A stretch of 62,782 nt of DNA, filler included. It is 15 parts of 15 records of this genome, joined end to end, with 100 filler letters (N's around TTAATTAATTAA, not from the genome) between each part and the next. Parts side by side here need not be neighbours in the genome. Positions count along the whole stretch, not along the records: positions 21,960 to 29,719 come from SRR9188676_2086; positions 29,820 to 33,836 come from SRR9188676_2091; 13 more parts are not named here. One strand, given 5' to 3'. Shown piece after piece: positions 22,053 to 33,936 of the stretch. The first letter of the stretch is position 1; the number at the start of each line of letters is the position of its first letter. The notes under the pieces were generated by a model. The model worked only from the letters and a program-made list of their open reading frames with translations, was not told the origin of the DNA and made no database searches. Made by a program: the position numbers and the translations under genes.

Positions 22053-25000
22053 TCAATAATGTTGATGTTGATGAAATAATGATCCATCGTGTACCTCGGT
22101 GTCACGGCTCTCTCCTCTTGCACTAGTCCTTGAATTCAATGCTGAATCCTCAGTTCCTGACCATGAATGATGGGATGATTGCATATCCAATTGTATCAAT
22201 GATTCATGACTATCTTCTTCACATGTACTACTCTGACTCGCATGATTGTGAGGTGAGTATTGAGGATCGGTCAGTGAAGTATGACATGATTGCACAGATG
22301 AAGATGATAATGAATCATAACTATTCCTGCTTGAGTTTTGATCAGTGGAATTGTGAACTGGGTTAAACGTTTCTGGCAATAATGAATTATGAGATAAATG
22401 CCTTTCTGAATGTATTGATGCACCAGCAGGATTCTCTTCACTTCTGACAGTCTGATCATTCAATGTCACATGACCACTAGAATTATGATCAGATTTCCTA
22501 GTTCCAGTCACAGAGATATGCGATGATCGGATGTGATTTTGTAATTGTTCAGGCCATCCTGTAGTGAAATCACACATGGGGCATGCATACGGCTCGTCGC
22601 CGAAATGTTCTACTGCATTGTGATGCACAAATTCGCGCTCATTTTCAGTCACATACTTGCAGTTTGGACACTCATATTGCCGCCGCGGTTTGGATGGTGA
22701 TGCTGATGCGTGGTGAGGATGGTGAGAGTGTTGGAATCTGTGTAACTGTGCATGTGAATGTGTGGGGAATGAGTTGACATCATCTATTATGATAAAGTCA
22801 TCGTCATCGTTATTGTTTTGAGGATTTGACTTGCGAGATTCTGATTCGGAATCAGTGTCAGAGTCAGTGGGTGAGAGGAGCAGATACGAGTAGTATGGAT
22901 GTGGCTTTGAATCATATTGATTCTGAATCTGTGCAGTGGATGATGAAAGTGCATTTCTTGGCTTAGGCAAGTGAGAGGTCTTTTTCCTACGAGAGAGAGA
23001 TCGAGCCGAAACTCGCTTTTGACCGAATTCTAATGATGAATTGGTTGAAGTCAATGAAGATGAAGGATTCGATACATCCAATGATGATGCTGGATTTGAT
23101 TCTCGTGATGATGATGATAGTGCTACAGGTGCAGATGATGATCCCTTTCGTGATGCATTTTCATTGTCATTTCGCACTCTCTGAGATGCAGGCATGAGAG
23201 AGGAGCGCATGTGAGAGGAGCGCATGTGATCATTCAGCAGTGATCTACTTGGTGCGAAATAGTCACAGTGGACGCAAGGGAGCGCCCGGCCCTCAGGGAA
23301 CACATCCTTGTGCGCGTGGATTAAATGGTCACGGAGTTCGGCTTGAGTGGTGCTTCGGAACGGTGTCTGCTTGGTCTCGCATATCGAGCATGTGTAGGGA
23401 GAGATGCCATGTGCATTGAATAGGTGGACATTCAGGCGAGACTTCTGGCTCGTTTTGTACCCACAGTGCTCACATGTGTGTGCGTATGCGCTGTCATTTG
23501 CACGTAAATGTGTGTTCAAGTGCTTTTTCCACCTGTCTCTTTTGTACGTGGTGTAGGTGCAGTACTGACAGTGATAATTCTTACGCGAATGATCTTGCTC
23601 ATGGCTAAGACCTTGGCTCTGAATACTATTACTGTGGGTGGATCCATGGTCCTCACTAGGGATATCGGCCTCGGTGAGGGTAGGCTCCGGATGGGTATGT
23701 GGATGGTTGTGGTTCTCTGAAGGTTCAAGTTGCTCAGATGTCAAGGTAGTAGGTGGATGGGTATGGGTATGCGTTCCATTGACCAAGGGAGAGACGGAGA
23801 GTGGTATATGATAGGTGAGGGAGACGTGATGGGCAGAACCAATTTGAATATCATTCTCATTGGTCCTATGATGGTCATCATGATAAGTGCCATCATTCTG
23901 TTCGTGTTGTGTTTCTGAGGAAGGTGTTACATGAACATGAGCCTTTTCCATGTGCCTGCGAAGACCCACTTCAGTATTAGTGTGAAAATTACAAACGGGG
24001 CACGAGAATGTTACTCCAGAATGGTCAGAGATCATATGTCTGTCTAGTGATGACTTGGTGGTAGTTCTGAAATCACACAGTGCGCATGTGTGCTGGCCTT
24101 CGTGTACTGTCCGGACATGGCGGGTTAAGTTCGACGTGGAAGTGAATACCATTTCACAGTAAGGGCATTGGTACGTCATGGTTGCATTGTGAATAATTTT
24201 CATATGCTCGCGCAATTTCGACGCAGTTTTGGATTTGAAATCGCACTTAGGGCATTCATGGGGCATAATGTGGTGTACAGTAGCCAAATGACGGTCGAAT
24301 TGGAGTTTAGAATCGGTTCTGAAATCGCAGTGCTCGCATGCATGAGCAAATACATCCTGTGGAGCGGTATGGGTCTGGATGTGCATGAGGAAATACGATT
24401 TTTTCGTGCATGTGAATGTGCAATTTGAGCACCGGAAGAGCTTGCGGGAATATGTTTGTTGGTGAGATTTATGGTGGGAGGTAAGAGATGAGCGTCGTGA
24501 TTGATGTCTAAGAGGGCGAGATTGGGTATGCGTTTGGGTCGATGGAGGGATAACTCTCTGTGAATGTGCTGATTGGTCCAAGTCAGGTGACTGTATATCT
24601 GTAATTTCAGGAACAAAGTCCGAAAACTGAGAGCTATCCTGTATCTGTGTCAAAAATTGTGAGGGGGTTGTACTTTTTCTTCTCTGTCGTCTTGCACCGC
24701 TGGGACGGGGAGTGCCCATGTGCTTCCGCTTCGGTTTCGAGACTGCCGGAGAATCGTGAATAGAAAGTAGTGTAGAATCATGGTCCAAATGATGATGAGT
24801 GTCTGATATATGTTGATGAAACTGAAGATGTGAGGATGTGCCACGGTCTGTGGATGTGAATGTGGATGTGTGGTGCTGCATGTGAGGATGTGAATGGTTG
24901 AAATCGGTTAGAGGCGATTGTAAAAACGTTGAGGGTTGCTGCCTCTGTGCGAGGAGCAGTGCGTTCTTTTGTGCTCGACTTTCTATGATGCGGATATGTC

Positions 25001-25562
25001 TCTGAATATGCTGAATGAATACATCCTGCGAACGTGTTCGAAATCTGCAATGAGGACAGGGGTGGGTCTTTTCGAGGAGGGGAGGCGGATGAATATGAGA
25101 ACACTGGTTTGTCTTATCATGGGTCTCGGGGCCCTGAATATTGGAAGTGAATAATGAGTTGTGAGTCTTCGGAGTGATGTCATCTCGACTGTCTGCTATC
25201 GGCTGCGATGTTGGAGGAGGATTCTTCTGAATGAACTCAAAAAGAGTAGGTAAATGTTTGTGTGAGATGTGATTCCGAACTTGGAGCTTTGTTTCGGCAT
25301 GGTACGAGCAAAATGGACATTCATGCAAACCCATTGGCTTTGTCGAGAACGCGCGCGATTCGCCAGAATCCTTTCGATGGATCACACAAAGAGATATTTG
25401 CTGTTTGAGATAATAAGGCGGTCTGGTTGAAATAGAGCGCAGGAGAGAGCATGTTCGAATTGGACCAGCTGGGCAAACGAGCTGGTTCCTGTTGGTCATT
25501 GGCAAGGACAAGCGAAATGGGATTCGCGAGATTACACGGAAATTGTTGAATGATTTCGACAT
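22053..25562 (-). CDS. Intronless multi-C2H2 zinc-finger protein (14 fingers, 1169 aa)
   Basis: 14 CxxC...H-x3/4-H units counted by eye in clusters of 1+1+6+4+2, separated by S/H-rich linkers. Confidence 0.92.
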   Translation of the reverse strand: MSKSFNNFRVISRIPFRLSLPMTNRNQLVCPAGPIRTCSLLRSISTRPPYYLKQQISLCVIHRKDSGESRAFSTKPMGLHECPFCSYHAETKLQVRNHISHKHLPTLFEFIQKNPPPTSQPIADSRDDITPKTHNSLFTSNIQGPETHDKTNQCSHIHPPPLLEKTHPCPHCRFRTRSQDVFIQHIQRHIRIIESRAQKNALLLAQRQQPSTFLQSPLTDFNHSHPHMQHHTSTFTSTDRGTSSHLQFHQHISDTHHHLDHDSTLLSIHDSPAVSKPKRKHMGTPRPSGARRQRRKSTTPSQFLTQIQDSSQFSDFVPEITDIQSPDLDQSAHSQRVIPPSTQTHTQSRPLRHQSRRSSLTSHHKSHQQTYSRKLFRCSNCTFTCTKKSYFLMHIQTHTAPQDVFAHACEHCDFRTDSKLQFDRHLATVHHIMPHECPKCDFKSKTASKLREHMKIIHNATMTYQCPYCEMVFTSTSNLTRHVRTVHEGQHTCALCDFRTTTKSSLDRHMISDHSGVTFSCPVCNFHTNTEVGLRRHMEKAHVHVTPSSETQHEQNDGTYHDDHHRTNENDIQIGSAHHVSLTYHIPLSVSPLVNGTHTHTHPPTTLTSEQLEPSENHNHPHTHPEPTLTEADIPSEDHGSTHSNSIQSQGLSHEQDHSRKNYHCQYCTYTTYKRDRWKKHLNTHLRANDSAYAHTCEHCGYKTSQKSRLNVHLFNAHGISPYTCSICETKQTPFRSTTQAELRDHLIHAHKDVFPEGRALPCVHCDYFAPSRSLLNDHMRSSHMRSSLMPASQRVRNDNENASRKGSSSAPVALSSSSRESNPASSLDVSNPSSSLTSTNSSLEFGQKRVSARSLSRRKKTSHLPKPRNALSSSTAQIQNQYDSKPHPYYSYLLLSPTDSDTDSESESRKSNPQNNNDDDDFIIIDDVNSFPTHSHAQLHRFQHSHHPHHASASPSKPRRQYECPNCKYVTENEREFVHHNAVEHFGDEPYACPMCDFTTGWPEQLQNHIRSSHISVTGTRKSDHNSSGHVTLNDQTVRSEENPAGASIHSERHLSHNSLLPETFNPVHNSTDQNSSRNSYDSLSSSSVQSCHTSLTDPQYSPHNHASQSSTCEEDSHESLIQLDMQSSHHSWSGTEDSALNSRTSARGESRDTEVHDGSLFHQHQHY

Positions 25563-26490
25563 CAGATGTAATGATAAATATCTGGTGAGGAATTTCGCTG
25601 CTCAGAGATGAGATCAAGTCGGTGATTCGATGTTGCCATCCTCCGCGGCTCTGTGTGGACCTAATCCTCTCGAAAGATGACAGAGAACCAAGCTTAGGAA
25701 TATGCCCAGGCTGTGCTCAATCCAATGACACCTTTTTGCGAGAAGAAAGAGAGAAAAAAGAACCGGAAAATCACAGAAAGAAAGTGACTGATGAACATAC
25801 TCTTGGTTCTCGCACTTCCATCCCCTGCCGTAAGGGCAGAGATTCAGAGCTATCCCCTAATCTTGAAACAACCCCTTGTTGTTCCTTCGTCTCTTTTCCA
25901 CATTCTGGACGCTGGTTTTGACCTTTTTATCATTGTTTTTAGGTTTATTAGTAGATACTATATCTGTGTTATTACCTGGTCACATATCATTGTTTTGTGA
26001 TCAAAATTTGATAAGATATCTCTTTGGTTTCCAAGCTTGGGGAGATGATATACCTGCCCTCGGCAAAGACAGCGAGCAGCCGAAGGCGGGGGCCAGTCTT
26101 ATCGCTGAGATTAAACAGTCAGAAAAGAAAAAACCAAAAAAATAATCCTCTGAACTTCAGTTTCTGATGAGAGATGAGAGGGTGATCGCCAAAAACACAG
26201 AGAGTCTGACTCGTTTGATTTCTTTGGTAGTTGATAGTAACCAAGGAGAAATGGCTTCGTTTTCACGAATGTAATCAATACAAATACAAGACAAGACAAC
26301 ATGCAAAAAGCAAATTCATAATGAACCACAAGGTGTTTTTGGGGGGGTTTATTCGACATCTTTCGATGCATTGGATTAATACCGATGAAGCCAATGCGGC
26401 AACAAGGCTGAGACTGCGAGGAGGGAATCTGAGAGGGAGATTGAAAAGTCCAATATAAAGTCCATGAAATTGAGTGATGATAAAGAGAAT

Positions 26491-27021
26491 TTACATCTTC
26501 TCCTCATAGAGACCGTGCTTGATGTAGTAGAACTTGGGGCCCTGCTTGTTGTAGTCGCAGTCATCGGCATAGCGAGCGAACACCATGGTGGCTTCGGGGT
26601 CCATAGCCTCGCCTTGGTAGAACTGGTAGTTATCGAAGTTCTTGAGGAGGTCAGTGGCGAAGGCCTGGATGCCCTTCTTGAAAGCAGCCTGCTGGGACGC
26701 ATCGATCTTCTCGTTGATGGTCTTGACGTAGTCCTTCAACCAGCCCTTGAATGAGGTCTTATCGTAGCTGGTTTCCTGGAGGCGGAAGTTGTAGATGATA
26801 TCAACGACCTTCTCAGCCTTGTCATCAGCACCCTCATCGACAGCATCACCATCCTCGAGGTTGGCAGCAGCATTACCACCGATCAAGGCCTCATCGATGC
26901 CGTTGCTGATGAAGCGGACGGAGGATTCAACCTCCAACACACAGCCATCGTACAGCAGAGTGGGCTTGAACGAGTCAGAGAGAAGCTCGTCGTGGGAAAT
27001 CAAATCCTTGTAGATGATCAT
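26491..27021 (-). CDS. TPT1: Translationally controlled tumour protein (TCTP), 176 aa, intronless
   Basis: MIIYKDLISHDELLSDSF, IGGNA.A, VDIIYNFRLQET.YDK..FK, QFYQGE.MDPE and KHGL.EEK. True ATG is at 27021. Confidence 0.97.
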   Translation of the reverse strand: MIIYKDLISHDELLSDSFKPTLLYDGCVLEVESSVRFISNGIDEALIGGNAAANLEDGDAVDEGADDKAEKVVDIIYNFRLQETSYDKTSFKGWLKDYVKTINEKIDASQQAAFKKGIQAFATDLLKNFDNYQFYQGEAMDPEATMVFARYADDCDYNKQGPKFYYIKHGLYEEKM

Positions 27022-27503
27022 TTTCGCGCGCGACTTTGCTTCTGCAAAAACTAACAAGGGAAAAAATTCAGCCCAAAGAAGATTACTCCAAAAGGCTTTC
27101 CTTAGGGGGGTACTAAGAAAATCTTCTCTAACACATCCAATTTTCTGAGCCCGTCAGGTGAAAAAGTACAGAAACGGCTTTGATTGATGTGATGAAAATT
27201 GTGTGCTCCTCTCGCCCTTCGCAATTTGAGAATGACTCAGAGTTTTCTGGTAATAGGAAGCACAGTTTGTTGATCAGTTTACATTGCACTCCAGAAATCC
27301 CAAGCTGTCACACATATTTTTCCTAAGGAGTTGGAAGCATCAAGTTGTCGGGTGCACTCCCCAACATGGCTGCCCCCTTCAGTTCCCTCCCCTCCTTTCG
27401 ACGAGCCCTACGCTTTGCTTTTTTCACACTCGCATTTTCAAGATCTCGTCGATTTTTTGACATATTTATACCGAATTTGAACTATAGGCCCAGATAACAC
27501 ACA

Positions 27504-27955
27504 ATGGTTCGAGCTCGATCGATTCACGAAATTCCGAGAGATGTTGATGATCTCCATTGGCGACAGGTTCATCCTTTTCCCTTAAGATTCCCATCTCCAA
27601 CGATGTTTGACCAATGAATTCTTATAGCTTGAAGCTGTCAAACGAATTATCGTGGAAGATGCTGAAGCCGCATGCAAAGACATCACGAAAACATACTATA
27701 GATGTTGGGGTGACTATTTTGTTTTTGGTGTCTTTATGTGCCGAGATCAGAAACAGGCATGGAGAGATTGCCTTCGTAAACAGTATGATTTTCCTTTCTC
27801 TTCAAACATTCTTTGTGTTCATTCCAGACCGTCATGTCCACTCTCTTATTTGTAGCACTACGAACGAAATTTTCGAAGCCAAGAAGCAATATTGGGTTGA
27901 CAAGCTTCAAGCTGGTGAGGATCCTTTAGAAGGAAGGCATTACAAGCCGAAATGA
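27504..27955 (+). CDS. CMC1: Twin CX9C mitochondrial COX assembly protein, CMC1-like (3 exons)
   Basis: Spliced product MVRARSIHEIPRDVDDLHWRQ-LEAVKRIIVEDAEAACKDITKTYYRCWGDYFVFGVFMCRDQKQAWRDCLRKH-TTNEIFEAKKQYW... contains CX9C-X11-CX9C. Confidence 0.8.
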
Positions 27956-28534
27956 TCATTGACGCTGGAAGCTACTGGATGTACCATCTCTCCAGCAGCA
28001 CATTTATGGACTTCTTATTTAAGTTCACATTTTGCTCCTTGGATTTATGCATGTATCACATTTTGAGTACATTGATGCTCTCTGATCACACAGTCAAGTG
28101 AAATTGCGGTCCATCAGCACAATTTGTTGAGTTGTCTGAAGATATATCGTTGAACACCGATTCCAAAGACAAATAAACCTACAGTGCAGCTATGAAAAAT
28201 GAAACTTGACCCTGATTGCATCTTGGAGCAAATGCCTGACTTCGACACAACCATTACAGATGAGGTGATCAAGTGATCGAGGTCATGATTCCAACGAGCA
28301 CTGTGATATTCGATCACATTCTTCGGAATTGAAATAACACAATATTTAGTACAAAGTTTCATCTATTTATTACATGATCAACAAGCGATCACAATGGCCC
28401 AAAGAAGGCTTCGGCATCTATCGATCTTACTCTTTGAAAGATCCTTGATTCGTCCATGAGGATTCAGAAGATAACGTAGATGAATATGGAGAGTAGTCCG
28501 GTGAAAGAGTGCTGACGAAAACTGTCTGATTCAA

Positions 28535-28825
28535 CTAATACGGGATGCGGTGAATCAATTTTCCGGTTGATTGCCGATATACGACATTCCGCAGGAGTTC
28601 TTCACCATTCTGACTTGAAAGTTCGGCCATAAATCGAGTATATTGAACATTTCGCAAGAGGTTCCATTGTCCGAATTTGTGATGAGCGCGTTCGTTGTCA
28701 TACATGCTTTTCCGGATGTTGACGCCGAAGGGCGTGACCTTATAGAGACCATGCAAAGGCTTCAAAGCATCTCTGTTGGTGATCTTGAACATCTGCCGAG
28801 CAACATCGAACTTAGAAGTGGCCAT
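28535..28825 (-). CDS. Hypothetical basic 96-aa protein
   Basis: MATSKFDVARQMFKITNRD...KLIHRIPY has gene-like codon usage and lies head-to-head with the FYVE gene. Confidence 0.6.
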   Translation of the reverse strand: MATSKFDVARQMFKITNRDALKPLHGLYKVTPFGVNIRKSMYDNERAHHKFGQWNLLRNVQYTRFMAELSSQNGEELLRNVVYRQSTGKLIHRIPY

Positions 28826-29015
28826 TCTTCGCGACTGATTCCCGAAGATCTGAAATTGGTACGGTCTTACCCCGACGAGATTAGATCCATTTACGGGAGT
28901 TACAATGTGGATCTTAAGAAAGGAACGAGACAATTTACGGGGGGGTTAAGGTCGTATAATCACGAAAAACAGAAGACGAAACAAAAACAAACAACGAAAT
29001 AACCGCACTATTCAG

Positions 29016-29367
29016 ATGAAGTCAGATCCTGAGCATCAGGGATACTCTACAGTCGCTAAAGTAGATTCATCAGATGACAAAGTACATCGGGGTCGATCTC
29101 GTTCCATTTTAGATGCCGTCCCTCCGCACTGGGTCCCTGATAGCGATGCCCCACACTGCCACAACTGTAATACACAGTTCACATTAGAGAAGAAGCTTAC
29201 ATTGCAAACCCTAAGGCACCACTGCCGGTTTTGCGGGAATGTGTTCTGTGGTACATGCTCCAAAAAGAGAGCGGTCTTGCCCCCTCAGTTCAAACTCACT
29301 GGCAAGCAGAGAATCTGTGATGCATGTGCTCTACTTCTGGATCCATATCAGGATTTCCTTGCAACGG
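29016..29367 (+). CDS. FYVE zinc-finger protein, first exon (possibly FYVE-SYLF/Ysc84 type), 3' partial
   Basis: WVPD...CHNC...F...RHHCRFCG.VFC..CS...RICDAC, followed by LDPYQ. Confidence 0.88.
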
Positions 29368-29719
29368 GTATTGGACGAATGGTCCGCGTCGTTATGCTAC
29401 GTGATTGCGATACTCTTGGACCTGGTTTTTCATTCCAGACAGGCTTAGCTACAGGGTAATTCTTTTTCAGCACACTCTCTCTTTTCCTGTCTAGCAATAA
29501 CCTCGAAAAGATTCATGTAATTGTCATCGGTTTTGTAGTACTCGAGGCCCTATGCAGCACTCCTGCAAACACTTTGTCCTAAAATCAATCTCCCCGTGTC
29601 AGCTGATTTCATTCTGAGGATCCGAAGGAAGAGAGATCGCGAGAACATCCTAAAAATTCAATATATTCCTTCTTTTTGTTCTTTTATTGTCTCCCTTAAT
29701 TGTTGGGATAGTTTCGCAA

Positions 29720-29819
29720 NNNNNNNNNNNNNNNNNNNNNNNNNNNNNNNNNNNNNNNNNNNNTTAATTAATTAANNNNNNNNNNNNNNNNNNNNNNNNN
29801 NNNNNNNNNNNNNNNNNNN
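29720..29819. other. Artificial contig linker
   Basis: N44-TTAATTAATTAA-N44. Confidence 0.99.
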
Positions 29820-30037
29820 TTCAATGATTCTTTAGATTTGCCATAAACATGGAGAATGCACAAGAAAGATGAAAGAAATACAAAGACAAATCTAGATCTA
29901 ACTAAGGCTGGAGATAGTAATCTACCTCTCACTGTTATATCGATGAGAGATTTGTTTGTTGGCCGGAAAAAAAATGCTCCCCATGAGGCTGCGAGTGGTG
30001 GAACTCTGCTTGTGTCTCGTATCTGTGTGTGGCATAC

Positions 30038-30378
30038 CTTTTGTGGCGTCAAGAGTCACCCGCTTGCGGCAAAGAGGACAATCAAACTCAATAGTTTCTC
30101 GAGATAATTGGTCAGAAGAGCAGGGCTGAAAGCCACTTGAACAGGACGTAAAAGCACCATCCTGGTCTAGAGTCCCACGATAGATCAGTAGCTTGGCACA
30201 TTCAAGACAGAGATTATGCCCGCAAAGAAGCGTGATTGGCTCCTATATTTGAGTACATTTAGAAGGGGCGAGTCCTGAGAAAAAATGAGGGAAACCCTGG
30301 AAAACTCACCTGAAAGTCTTCCAAGCAGAGAGGACATTCAAAGAATTGATCTTCAAAGCCTCCTAACATTTGATCCAT
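30038..30378 (-). CDS. RING-HC (C3HC4) finger protein, 3' partial, absent from the ORF track
   Basis: ACCATGG start. Exons 30378-30310 and 30242-30038 give MDQMLGGFEDQFFECPLCLEDFQ-EPITLLCGHNLCLECA...FDCPLCRK. Confidence 0.88.
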
Positions 30379-31059
30379 GGTAGAAGCACAATGAAAGCCA
30401 GAGGAAAGCCGAGAGAGAGTCAATGTGTGGACACTTGACTAATGAAAATGTGCAGCCAAGAAATCTCTTTTTACCCCCCCTATAGTAGATTTTGTGTTGA
30501 TTCCAGATAGTTGCCGCGAGGATGAGACTGCTGGCAGATTCTGAGCAACATGGAGCGTTCCAGAAGCGTTATCTCTTTTAAACATGGGACGGTATAGAGA
30601 TTTGCAGTTGGGTTTCTCATTTCTGATGAAGTGGTGCAGAGGTCAGGCTGGGTCAGGAAATTGATTATGAAGGACAACAAAACTCTTTCACCTTTCGCCG
30701 AATTCCAAGACATTCGTCTAAATAGTGATAGAATAAGATAGCTGCGAGCACGGTCGATAGAAGGTCATCAGGGAATCTAACAAAAAAGAGACGAGGAAAT
30801 CGCTGATCTCTGTCCTCGCACGACTTGAAGCTTTTCTATTTTGACTGAGGATGCTGGTCTCTCTTTATCGAGAATCATCACAAATGAATATCTTACTCAA
30901 ATAAACCGAATATTTGAGTGAAAATCAGAAAGAAAATCGACAGCAAGAAGAACTGGAGCCGCCAATGTGCTGCTACCGTCGCGCCCCAAAGGTTACGAAG
31001 GTTTTCTTCTTTTGATGTGCCTTCAGGAATAAGTTTAGGAGAAGATCGAAGATCGAAAA

Positions 31060-32796
31060 ATGGGAATTATTCGAGAGGAAGTCGCAGAGGATCTCTCTCC
31101 TCTTGTGAAATCCGCATCGAAACTAAACCCTGTTCAGTTTGGTATCCCTAATCCTACTATCGCTTCTCAATGCCTTTCGCTTCTGAAAGATATCTTCGAT
31201 TACCGTATGAACATTTCGCCCCGTTCACTGCTGGATTTTCCCTTGTTCATTCATTTTTATATAGGTAAGAAGAATGAAGTATCTCAAGAGTTAGGTCCTC
31301 TTCCCTCCCTCCCAGTCGAAGGGCTTGATGAAGATCAGATCTGGCAGGTAATTGCGAAGATAACTATTTCTGCATTGTTGTTTCGATCCTAATTTTTTGG
31401 ATGCCTTAGGCATTAGCTATTCACAACGAGCCTACAATCAAGTGGGCAAAGCGGAAACTTGATAAATTGGAATCGGTTCCTCTTCCAAAGGTATTTCGCT
31501 CATCTTTTTTCCCCCCTTTCGTCTGTCCTCATTCTCACTTTGCTTATTATGTACAGGCTAAGCATGGAAAGCAATCTGAGTCCGATGACGGAAGCGATGA
31601 CTTTGATGGTGCTGATGATTTTGATGGACTTTCTAATGATGACTATGAGGGTAGCGAGAATGATCAGGAAAATATGGACGGGTCAGGATCAGATACGCAA
31701 GAAGAAAATGATGATGACGATGGAGCAGAGAATGATCATGGCAATGATAGCGACGACAGTGCCGTAGATGTAGACGATCTCTTCCCGAACAAGGATTCGA
31801 AAAGAAGAGCGAAAAAATCCGGCGATGACGATGATGTAACAGTAAAGCGAAGGGGACCTAGTGAGGTTGATGACAAGTTTTTCAAGTTGGAAGATATGGA
31901 GAAGTTTGTTGAGGTGAGTCTATATATTCCCTTTTTCACTGCGACGGGCTCCTACGAGGACTATTCAGTAATTCAAGAGATAAGCAAATCTAGAAAAAGT
32001 CAGAATTTCCTCGTAGATTCTTTCCCTTGAATATCCGAAGCTGTCGGTCCTTCAATTATATCAGCAAATGCATTATCCTTTACTATCACGAGATTTTTTC
32101 GAGTTCGGAGGTGTTAGTCGAGTGGTACATGAGGAGTTTCGGTATAGTAGAGAAAACACAGCCCTTGTCTATGATAATTCCAATTGGCTGATATTGCCGA
32201 GAAGAATAAATGTTGAAACCCTCTCTCTGTCAGAAAATTCTCCAACCAAAAAAAACACACGGTTTTTTTTATCTCCCTCCAACCGCATGACTCAGTCGAA
32301 GTCACATTAATAATCCTAAAATTGGTTTCTCGTGGTGTAATACGTTTTAGCTAATTGACTAATTGACGATCGCTCTTCATTCACATCAAGATTTAAGTGC
32401 TCAAAAAAGTTCACGAAAATACCATCTTTTCAACTTTTCTCGGAGAGGGCAGAAAATTATCGAATATGCCTTCTGATCATCCCAGTACACACTTTCCCCA
32501 CGTATGAACCTCTAATGAATCTATCTATGTGACTGTTTGTGTCGGCAGGACCAAGAAAACATGGACTTCATGGACGAGCAGTACGGCGATGATGATGGTG
32601 ATGACAATGATGATGATGACGATGAGCTGGCAGCGCTCGAGGACGAGGACGAGGAGGGTCTGGGCCTGGAGGGGCTTGGAGCTCTGCGCAGGGACGGGGG
32701 TGGCCATGATGATGACGATGAGGATGACTTCGGGGAGGGCTTCGGCGACGAAGATGATGATGAGAATGACGATGATGATGATGGTGATGACAAGGG
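31060..32796 (+). CDS. MPP10: U3 snoRNP protein MPP10, 5 exons seen, 3' partial
   Basis: LPSLPVEGLDEDQIWQ and VDDKFFKLEDMEKF motifs plus long acidic tracts. Confidence 0.88.
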
Positions 32797-33836
32797 AGTA
32801 AGTTGCACGGTTTTTTTCCCCCCAGAAAGCAAGGATTGTGATGCAAATGCGTTGGCTATAGACATCTTTGAGAGCCGATCGTACCATATCCTACCATCGC
32901 ATTCGATGTGAATATTCCAAGATCATGTGGTGTTCAGCCAAATCATTCTCAGCACGCAGTTTCCGCTCATTCTCCTGCCCATGACCATGCTCTTGTCTCT
33001 GCACTCAAACATACCAAACCAAGTACATGTTGATGAGATAAAGTCAAAACACACTCCTTTCTCTCTTCCCATTTCAAGTCACTCATATCTTACATCTTTG
33101 AATTCGAAAAACAGCCCGTTCGTCAAACAGACTGTTCATACGGATGAAGATTCTGAGCAAAATGCTCGAAAGTGACTAATTTGGGGATAAGGTACTACAT
33201 GCAGCTAATATGTGAGTTGGATCGACTTCGATTCGTCTGAGCTCACAATGGGTGCCGCCCCGAAAAACCCCTTCAACCTTGCTTTCCTACTTGATTTTCG
33301 GAAACTCAGAATGTATTCCCGCGAATGTAACGGAAATTCGGGACGGTCAACCTGCACTGGGATTCTCATTACACGCTCTGTCTAATTGGACTGAGAATGC
33401 TGGCTGGGTCCCCATGCAGTTTGAGAGAGCTGGCTGTACGTTCGCGGGAATAAATTTGATTTGACAGCTGAATGCTTCCTTCGGGTGTTTTTAGGGTCTG
33501 CGCCCTCAACACACCCCAATAAACTACGATTTAGATCATCAGCCTGAAAACAGATGTTGTCGCGACTTGAGCTTTTAACGAACCTCCTTTTCTTCTAGTA
33601 CATGATCTGATTGGCCCGACGATTTCACAATACCAGAAAGAAAACACAAGGGCCCAATACTATATTGGAGGCAGCTCACTCATACACATGCCTTTCAATC
33701 CTGCCATGTGACACTTTCTCCCACTCACCCCCACCCTCCTCCACCATACATTACCCAATTTTTCTCTCATGTTCTAACATCCGTCCGCCTTTTCATTCTC
33801 TCCTTGTCTCTCCTTCTCTCCTTCTCTCCTTCTCTC

Positions 33837-33936
33837 NNNNNNNNNNNNNNNNNNNNNNNNNNNNNNNNNNNNNNNNNNNNTTAATTAATTAANNNNNNNN
33901 NNNNNNNNNNNNNNNNNNNNNNNNNNNNNNNNNNNN
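33837..33936. other. Artificial contig linker
   Basis: N44-TTAATTAATTAA-N44. Confidence 0.99.
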
